64,000 nt of DNA from positions 18,871 through 82,870 of the IMG/VR virus record IMGVR_UViG_3300031760_000028; one strand, written 5' to 3'. Below are positions 59,288-64,000 of the stretch, piece by piece. How positions within the stretch are numbered: position 1 is the first letter of the stretch; every line of letters begins with the position of its first letter. A program made the position numbers and the translations under genes. Source of the stretch: a virus (taxonomy: Duplodnaviria; Caudoviricetes). The notes under the pieces are model-generated. The model ran no database searches, was not told the DNA's origin, and was given only the letters and a program-made list of their open reading frames with translations.

Positions 59288-59371
59288 ATTTTTATTTTTA
59301 AAAAAAGTTGTTGACAACTTAAAATAAAGGTGCTATAATGTAATTACAATAAAGGAAAGAGGTAAAATAAA

Positions 59372-59557
59372 ATGACAACAACAACAATTAAGAAAACAGT
59401 TTTAAATGCTTTAGAAAACATCGTTGAAGCTTATGACATGACAGACAGAGAAACATGGGAAACACTGTTTCAAGTACCATCATACAAAACAGACATTGAC
59501 TTAGACTATATTATTACTAGATTAAAAGAGGAAATAGCAAATGAAGAAGAGGTTTAA
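59372..59557 (+). CDS. Early acidic protein, paralog A
   Basis: Shares ETWETLFQVPSYKTDIDLDYII with 60152-60334. Confidence 0.85.
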   Translation: MTTTTIKKTVLNALENIVEAYDMTDRETWETLFQVPSYKTDIDLDYIITRLKEEIANEEEV

Positions 59558-59652
59558 AAACCTCTTCTAAAAAAAATAAAAAAAGTTGTTGACAGGCAGG
59601 TTTTTAGATGATATAATAAATATATCAAAAGGAAAGAGAGAAAGAAATAAAC

Positions 59653-59784
59653 ATGGTTTATTACATTGTGGATGCTGAAGGCAGATTAGTAACAACAGAT
59701 TGTGATGAATTAATCGCAACAGCAGTTGCAGAGGCTTTAGGAGGCTATTGCTATGCTAAGCCTTTAGCGACTAAGTCGAATTAA
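59653..59784 (+). CDS. Early small protein, 43 aa (not in the track)
   Basis: MVYYIVDAEGRLVTTDCDELIATAVAEALGGYCYAKPLATKSN*; own promoter and purine-rich leader. Confidence 0.75.
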   Translation: MVYYIVDAEGRLVTTDCDELIATAVAEALGGYCYAKPLATKSN

Positions 59785-59801
59785 TCGACTTAGTGCCGAA
59801 A

Positions 59802-59918
59802 ATTATATCATACACGAAGGCATTTTGTCAATAGGCAATTTAAACAAATTTTTCTCTGTAAAAAAATCCCATTTTGTGCAAATTTTTTATTGACAGTATT
59901 ATTCTAATCTGTTATAAT
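59802..59918. promoter_or_regulatory. Divergent promoter/operator cassette A
   Basis: Leftward TTGACA-18-TATAAT, 58-nt spacer containing TCCC...TTTGTGCA, rightward promoter. Confidence 0.75.
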
Positions 59919-59951
59919 AATATCAGAGTTAAGGAAAGAGAGGAAAACAAA

Positions 59952-60056
59952 ATGGCAAGTATTTCAATCAATGGTTACAAAGTAGGTATTGTTGAAGTAA
60001 CCGTTAATGATATAAAGAAACTTGAGCAGGCTGGTTTTACAGTTGAGATTATTTAA
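59952..60056 (+). CDS. Early small protein, 34 aa
   Basis: MASISINGYKVGIVEVTVNDIKKLEQAGFTVEII*; GAGAGG RBS. The track start at 59874 lies upstream of the promoter. Confidence 0.75.
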   Translation: MASISINGYKVGIVEVTVNDIKKLEQAGFTVEII

Positions 60057-60151
60057 TCTCAGCTGTAAAGAAAAAAAATAAAAAAAGTTGTTGACAAAGT
60101 AAAATAAAGATGATATAATGTAATTACAATAAAGGAAAGAGGTAAAATAAA

Positions 60152-60334
60152 ATGACAGGATTAGAAATTAAGAAAACAGTTTTAAATGCTTTAACAACAA
60201 TCGCCGAAGATATGACCGAAAATGAAACATGGGAAACACTGTTTCAAGTACCATCATACAAAACAGATATTGACTTAGACTATATTATTGAAAGTCTGAA
60301 AAAAACAATAGCTGAGGATGAGGAAGAGGCTTAA
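60152..60334 (+). CDS. Early acidic protein, paralog B
   Basis: Duplicate of 59372-59557 with near-identical flanking promoters. Confidence 0.85.
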   Translation: MTGLEIKKTVLNALTTIAEDMTENETWETLFQVPSYKTDIDLDYIIESLKKTIAEDEEEA

Positions 60335-60421
60335 AGCCTCTTCTAAAAAAATAAAAAAGTGTTGACAGACAGGTTCTTAGATGATATAATAAATATATCA
60401 AAAGGAAAGAGAGAATATAAA

Positions 60422-60730
60422 ATGATAAATATTAGAACACTTAGAAAAATAACAAATAACGGTGGTCTCACTCTTAAGGCAGGTAAGCCAATTACTTATA
60501 AAAGCGGTTGGCAAGTAGCGACCGAAGGAAGCGCAACAACAGACATCCATGAAGCTATGAAAATGATTAAAGCTTTTGGTGGTAACTGCGGGATTTGGCT
60601 TGAAAATGGAATTTATTATATTGACAAAAGTAAAAGAGTAAGTACAAAGCGCGAGGCAATGAAAATAGGACGCGAATGCAATCAGATAAGCATTTTAAGA
60701 TGGCGCGACATGAGCTTAGCTTATTGCTAA
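60422..60730 (+). CDS. Early hypothetical protein, 102 aa
   Basis: Real start MINIRTLRK after the promoter at 60362. Confidence 0.75.
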   Translation: MINIRTLRKITNNGGLTLKAGKPITYKSGWQVATEGSATTDIHEAMKMIKAFGGNCGIWLENGIYYIDKSKRVSTKREAMKIGRECNQISILRWRDMSLAYC

Positions 60731-60771
60731 GCTTATGTGTTTTTTGTTTGCGGTCGAGCTGCCGCCGAAAA

Positions 60772-60887
60772 ATTATACCATACGAGAACGAGTTTTGTCA
60801 AGTAGAAAATGTGAAAAAAATGCACAAATAAAATTTCCTAATTTGTGCAAAATTATAGTTGACAAATTACGCTTAAAATGATATACT
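60772..60887. promoter_or_regulatory. Divergent promoter/operator cassette B
   Basis: Leftward TTGACA-18-TATAAT, 57-nt spacer with TGCACAAA...TTTGTGCA, rightward promoter. Confidence 0.8.
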
Positions 60888-60937
60888 TTAATTACAGTAA
60901 AGGAAAGGAAAGCCAAAAGGCTGAAAGGTAAAAAGAT

Positions 60938-61102
60938 ATGAAGAATATAATAACAAATGGCGATATGTTTTTAAAGACATACCCAAATTCTAAAGTTGAA
61001 GAAGTGTCAAATATTAAAGTTACGGTTGACGTAGGCCTGGGTTACTTCTCAGCGGACTTTGATAAAGACTGGTGGGAAGCACCATATAATGAAGAAAAAT
61101 AG
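60938..61102 (+). CDS. Early small protein, 54 aa (not in the track)
   Basis: MKNIITNGDMFLKTYPNSKV...DKDWWEAPYNEEK*. Confidence 0.75.
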   Translation: MKNIITNGDMFLKTYPNSKVEEVSNIKVTVDVGLGYFSADFDKDWWEAPYNEEK

Positions 61103-61168
61103 TTGTTGACAAATAACCGGAAATGTGATAATATATAATATCAGAAAGAAAGAAAGAGAGGAACAAAA

Positions 61169-61333
61169 ATGATGAGTAGAGAAGAAATGCTTAACGAAAT
61201 AATAAGAAAAAGAGGTTTTGAAGATGAATATACAATAGAGTTCTCAAGGATGGCAGAGACAATAACCAATATAGACATTCTGCGGTTAGCTTTTTCGGCA
61301 ATGATAAATAAACCAGTGATGGATGAGGAGTAA
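61169..61333 (+). CDS. Early small protein, 54 aa (not in the track)
   Basis: MMSREEMLNEIIRKRGFEDEYTIEF...VMDEE*; GAGAGG RBS. Confidence 0.75.
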   Translation: MMSREEMLNEIIRKRGFEDEYTIEFSRMAETITNIDILRLAFSAMINKPVMDEE

Positions 61334-61394
61334 ATCTCCTCGTCTTTGGCGGTCTGCTAGCGGCTGTGCGAATCGCTAGCAGACCGCTGTACTT

Positions 61395-61510
61395 GTTAGA
61401 GCAGATCTCAGGCTGTTTGTCAAGCACTTTTTGATGTGCAAACTGCACAAAAAAATTCCCGAAATTTGTGCATTTTTTTGCTTGACAAGCAGTAACCGGT
61501 GTGATATACT
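61395..61510. promoter_or_regulatory. Divergent promoter/operator cassette C (leftward -10 degenerate)
   Basis: Leftward TTGACA at 61423-61418; 58-nt spacer TGTGCAAACTGCACAAA...TCCC...TTTGTGCA. Confidence 0.7.
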
Positions 61511-61543
61511 TATATCAAGATAAGAGAAAGAGAGGTACTGAAT

Positions 61544-61792
61544 ATGAAAGAAATGTTTTTTGGTATGGTAAAATTTATAGTTGGCTTAGCAATAGTAATA
61601 CTTATTTTGATAGGTGCTTGCTATCTCGAAAAGAAGCACGATGAAAAAATTTATAATAACGGTGTCTGCACAGAATGTGGCGGAAATTATATTTTTTCAG
61701 GCTCCGCGCACGTTAAAAATTCAGATGATATTTATTATTATACCTGTGATAAATGCGGACACACTATTAAAGTAAATAGAATAATGAAATAA
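61544..61792 (+). CDS. Early membrane-anchored Zn-ribbon protein
   Basis: N-terminal TM helix; CTEC...CDKC. Confidence 0.75.
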   Translation: MKEMFFGMVKFIVGLAIVILILIGACYLEKKHDEKIYNNGVCTECGGNYIFSGSAHVKNSDDIYYYTCDKCGHTIKVNRIMK

Positions 61793-61863
61793 AAGCGGTT
61801 GTTGACAAGATAAAAAACATATGCTATAATAAAGATACAAAGTAAGAAAGAGAGGAATAAGCT

Positions 61864-62055
61864 ATGAGAGTTAATCTTATCGGAAATTGTGTATTTTGTA
61901 ATAGAGGTTGGGCAGTTGAAGTTAATCAGACTGACCTTGAAAAATATGAGGCAGGCGCACTTGCACAGGACGCTTTTCCATATCTAACCCCAACAGAAAG
62001 AGAATGTATAATCTCTGGTATGTGCCCTACTTGTCAGGATAAGATTTTTGAATAG
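61864..62055 (+). CDS. Early Zn-binding protein
   Basis: CVFC...CPTC; own promoter and RBS. Confidence 0.75.
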   Translation: MRVNLIGNCVFCNRGWAVEVNQTDLEKYEAGALAQDAFPYLTPTERECIISGMCPTCQDKIFE

Positions 62056-62154
62056 GTGTCATAAAATTTTGAAAAATATTCAAATAAAGGGTTGACAGCA
62101 CCGGTTTAAAGTGCTATAATTTAAGTCAAGATAAAGGAAAGAGAGGTACAAAAA

Positions 62155-62382
62155 ATGTTTAAATTTTTTTAAGAAAAACAAAGAAATGAAAGAAAGATAC
62201 AGTGTTGTTTTTGTGATACTAATAGTATAGATACTGCTTTTGAAACGTATGGAACGTATGACACTTATGAAACAGCAGACCACGTTATTAGAATGGCATG
62301 GAATAAAACAAAAAATCAAAAAATTAATGATGGTTATAAAGTCGGTGAAAATTGGACAATCATCAAAAAAATAAAAAAGTAG
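62155..62382 (+). pseudogene. Early gene interrupted by TAA at codon 6 (or two compensating T-run indels)
   Basis: ATG TTT AAA TTT TTT TAA; the same frame is then open to TAG 62380-62382. Promoter and RBS are intact. Confidence 0.55.
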
Positions 62383-62417
62383 TTGACAAAGTACTTTCTT
62401 TATGATATTATAATATC

Positions 62418-62545
62418 AAGAAGAGGAGCTCTTCTAGTAAAGAGTAAGCGGCGGGCAGAGCCTAGCGCCTTCCCGGAAGCTGAGAAAGCTATATACCTCT
62501 TCACGTAACTACCGACCACAAGCCCTGTAAAAAAGGGCTTTTTTA
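62418..62545 (+). ncRNA. Putative structured small RNA
   Basis: Own promoter (62383), no ATG-initiated ORF, GAAGAGG/CCTCTTC closing stem with inner hairpins, and terminator AAGCCC...GGGCTT-T run. Confidence 0.65.
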
Positions 62546-62594
62546 TTTGGCGGCGCGGTCGCGCTCAGATTACATCCTCGCGCGCCGCTGATTG

Positions 62595-62710
62595 ATTATA
62601 CTATAGAGTCAGCCATTTGTCAAGCGATTTTTTGTGTAAAATTGCACAAATATTTATCCCAAAATTTGTGCAATTTGACAGTTGACATTTTAGCTATTGT
62701 CTGATATAAT
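62595..62710. promoter_or_regulatory. Divergent promoter/operator cassette D
   Basis: Leftward TTGACA-17-TATAAT; 58-nt spacer TGTGTAAAATTGCACAAA...TCCC...TTTGTGCA. Confidence 0.8.
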
Positions 62711-62739
62711 GTATACATAAGGTAAGGGAGGAACTAACA

Positions 62740-62895
62740 ATGGTTGAAAAAAATAGAAAAAAAGAGCTTGCAAAAGCTCAGAGAGTATGGTATAATATGA
62801 ATACAGGTACAGTATCTCATAAAGATATAAAACATCCATCAAGAAAAGATAGAAAAAAAGAATTGAAAAAGATACTTGACAGCTATAAAGATTAA
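62740..62895 (+). CDS. Early basic protein, 51 aa (not in the track)
   Basis: MVEKNRKKELAKAQRVWYNMNTGTVSHKDIKHPSRKDRKKELKKILDSYKD*; GGGAGG RBS. Confidence 0.8.
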   Translation: MVEKNRKKELAKAQRVWYNMNTGTVSHKDIKHPSRKDRKKELKKILDSYKD

Positions 62896-62931
62896 TGGTA
62901 TAATATAGTTACAAAAGATGAAAGGAGATAT

Positions 62932-63120
62932 ATGGAACAGTGGAAAGAATTAAAAGAAACAATTATGGAATTAAGCAAGCTTCCGCAGATGGTTAACCAG
63001 ACTGAGTTATGTATGTTTCTTTTGGCTTATATGGAAGTATTAGAAGATCGAATGAGAGATGATACTTATCCGAGTAAGAAAAATAATAAAAAAGGGGTTG
63101 ACAAATGGTCAGCCCCATGA
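62932..63120 (+). CDS. Early hypothetical protein
   Basis: AAGGAG RBS; its 3' end contains the next promoter. Confidence 0.7.
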   Translation: MEQWKELKETIMELSKLPQMVNQTELCMFLLAYMEVLEDRMRDDTYPSKKNNKKGVDKWSAP

Positions 63121-63158
63121 TATAATAGTATCATCAAAAGAGAAAAGGAGAAAAAGAA

Positions 63159-63368
63159 ATGGTAAATGACAGAATTAAGCTACTTAAGGAAATGAATCAG
63201 TATATTCTAAACCTTGGAGACGAAGATATTTTCGATATATGGTTCTCGGTAGGTATCCCCGATGAAGCTACTGAAGAGGACTATCGCTCTATTGCAGAGG
63301 ATACTGAAGAATGGGTATATATATGTAAGATGTTTGGAAGGCTTGTTGCACAGGGAGAGGAGGGGTAA
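63159..63368 (+). CDS. Early acidic hypothetical protein
   Basis: GDEDIFDIW...GIPDEATEED; AAGGAG RBS; terminator overlaps the stop. Confidence 0.8.
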   Translation: MVNDRIKLLKEMNQYILNLGDEDIFDIWFSVGIPDEATEEDYRSIAEDTEEWVYICKMFGRLVAQGEEG

Positions 63369-63434
63369 TACTCCTCTCTTTTTTGGATGTCGGCGCGAGC
63401 ACGTTGGCTGTGCCCGTGCGAGCGCCGATATTCC

Positions 63435-63541
63435 ATTATATCACGCTCCGCAATTTTTGTCAAGCATTTTCTTTTGTGCAAATTGCACAAAGATCTTCCT
63501 GAAATTTTGTGCTTGACTTACAAAGAGTTATCTGCTATAAT
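63435..63541. promoter_or_regulatory. Divergent promoter/operator cassette E
   Basis: Leftward TTGACA-17-TATAAT; 49-nt spacer with TTGTGCAAATTGCACAA; rightward TTGACT-17-TATAAT. Confidence 0.8.
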
Positions 63542-63670
63542 AATAATTGTCAAGGGGAGAAATGAGGTAGGGATTGTGAGCGCGCCACCTGACCGAGAGA
63601 CAAGGATGGAAGAAATTGAAAAATTTCAAAAAAACCCCTTGACAAACACTTAAAAATTTGCTATACTGAG

Positions 63671-63820
63671 TATAGAAAGTGAGGTAAGGGAAATGAGGTC
63701 ACCGCCGAGATAAACTTTAATAATCATAATACTGTGTAAAGCAGGGCGCATAAGGTCGGGAGCCAATGTGGCGCCAAAGAAATTAGACCGTAGGTAGTAG
63801 AAGTTCCCACCGCTACCAAA
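63671..63820 (+). ncRNA. Putative structured RNA unit, copy 1 (203-bp tandem repeat)
   Basis: Own promoter (63639); GC-rich complementary segments; only mini-ORFs present. Confidence 0.55.
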
Positions 63821-63873
63821 AAAAAGATTTTAAAAAAATGCTTGACAGAAAATAAAAAATTTGCTATAATATA

Positions 63874-64000
63874 TATAGAAAGTGAGGTAAGGGAAATGAG
63901 GTCACCGCCGAGATAAACTTTAATAATCATAATACTGTGTAAAGCAGGGCGCATAAGGTCGGGAGCCAATGTGGCGCCAAAGAAATTAGACCGTAGGTAG
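63874..64000 (+). repeat. Copy 2 of the same unit (truncated by the window end)
   Basis: Identical to 63671-63797 and preceded by a related but non-identical promoter (63842). Confidence 0.9.

Larger units (their letters stand above)
59311..63870 (+). promoter_or_regulatory. Cluster of 17 near-consensus early sigmaA promoters
   Basis: -35 boxes at 59311, 59589, 59890, 60091, 60362, 60859, 61106, 61482, 61802, 62092, 62383, 62682, 62876, 63098, 63513, 63639 and 63842. All have 17-nt spacers; most have TGn extended -10 and an A-tract UP element. Confidence 0.85.

Noticed and set aside
62418-63820. Known self-cleaving ribozymes (hammerhead, twister, pistol) in the early ncRNA candidates
   Set aside because: Core motifs such as CUGANGA...GAAA were not found by eye, so they are kept as unclassified RNAs pending an Rfam search.
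1246-63969. Many 60-170 aa track ORFs overlapping larger genes or the early region (e.g. 1246-1596, 10761-11267, 34871-35188, 38399-38893, 47095-47442, 61191-61448, 63387-63653, 63724-63969)
   Set aside because: They are antisense or off-frame shadows with no RBS and atypical composition; the real genes occupy the same DNA.
1-64000. Stop-codon reassignment (alternative genetic code)
   Set aside because: Long genes are intact under code 11, and TAA, TAG and TGA all end well-defined genes. The apparent breaks are explained by introns or local indels.
1-64000. tRNA, tmRNA or rRNA genes
   Set aside because: No cloverleaf with T-loop GTTCRA and D-loop motifs was recognised in the intergenic regions. 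tRNAscan was not run.
1-64000. Integrase, att sites or repressor (temperate lifestyle)
   Set aside because: None was recognised in this window, so lifestyle cannot be determined from it.

Overview
A 64-kb segment of a large, AT-rich tailed-phage genome (genetic code 11). The host is probably an anaerobic Firmicute, inferred from sigmaA-type TTGACA-17-TGnTATAAT promoters, GGAGG RBSs, class III RNR and a PolIII-alpha polymerase. Four blocks: (1) 70-18838 (+), replication and nucleotide metabolism: DnaB, DnaG, RecJ, adenine MTase, Dda-like helicase, DnaE, Gmk, NrdD, dUTPase, RuvC. (2) 18875-57777 (-), packaging, head and long-tail genes of siphovirus type, with a 2766-aa tape measure and no sheath gene seen. 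(3) 58450-59300, a non-coding repeat-rich switch region, candidate origin or packaging terminus. (4) 59300-64000 (+), an early or host-takeover region of tiny genes, each with its own promoter. Four group I introns were mapped by hand: one in dnaE and three in terL. They restore 1311-aa and 581-aa proteins, and each carries a homing endonuclease in a different loop. The most novel-looking signals are: a five-copy divergent promoter/operator cassette that fires antisense through GC hairpins; two promoter-driven structured non-coding RNAs, one tandemly duplicated and carrying an MRSPPR mini-ORF; a phage-specific GGWCW-N30-ATATAT promoter-like motif at seven sites; and a 7x20-bp palindromic array. 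Functions come from motif recognition only; no database searches or folding programs were run. Several frameshifts lie in homopolymers, so assembly error cannot be excluded.
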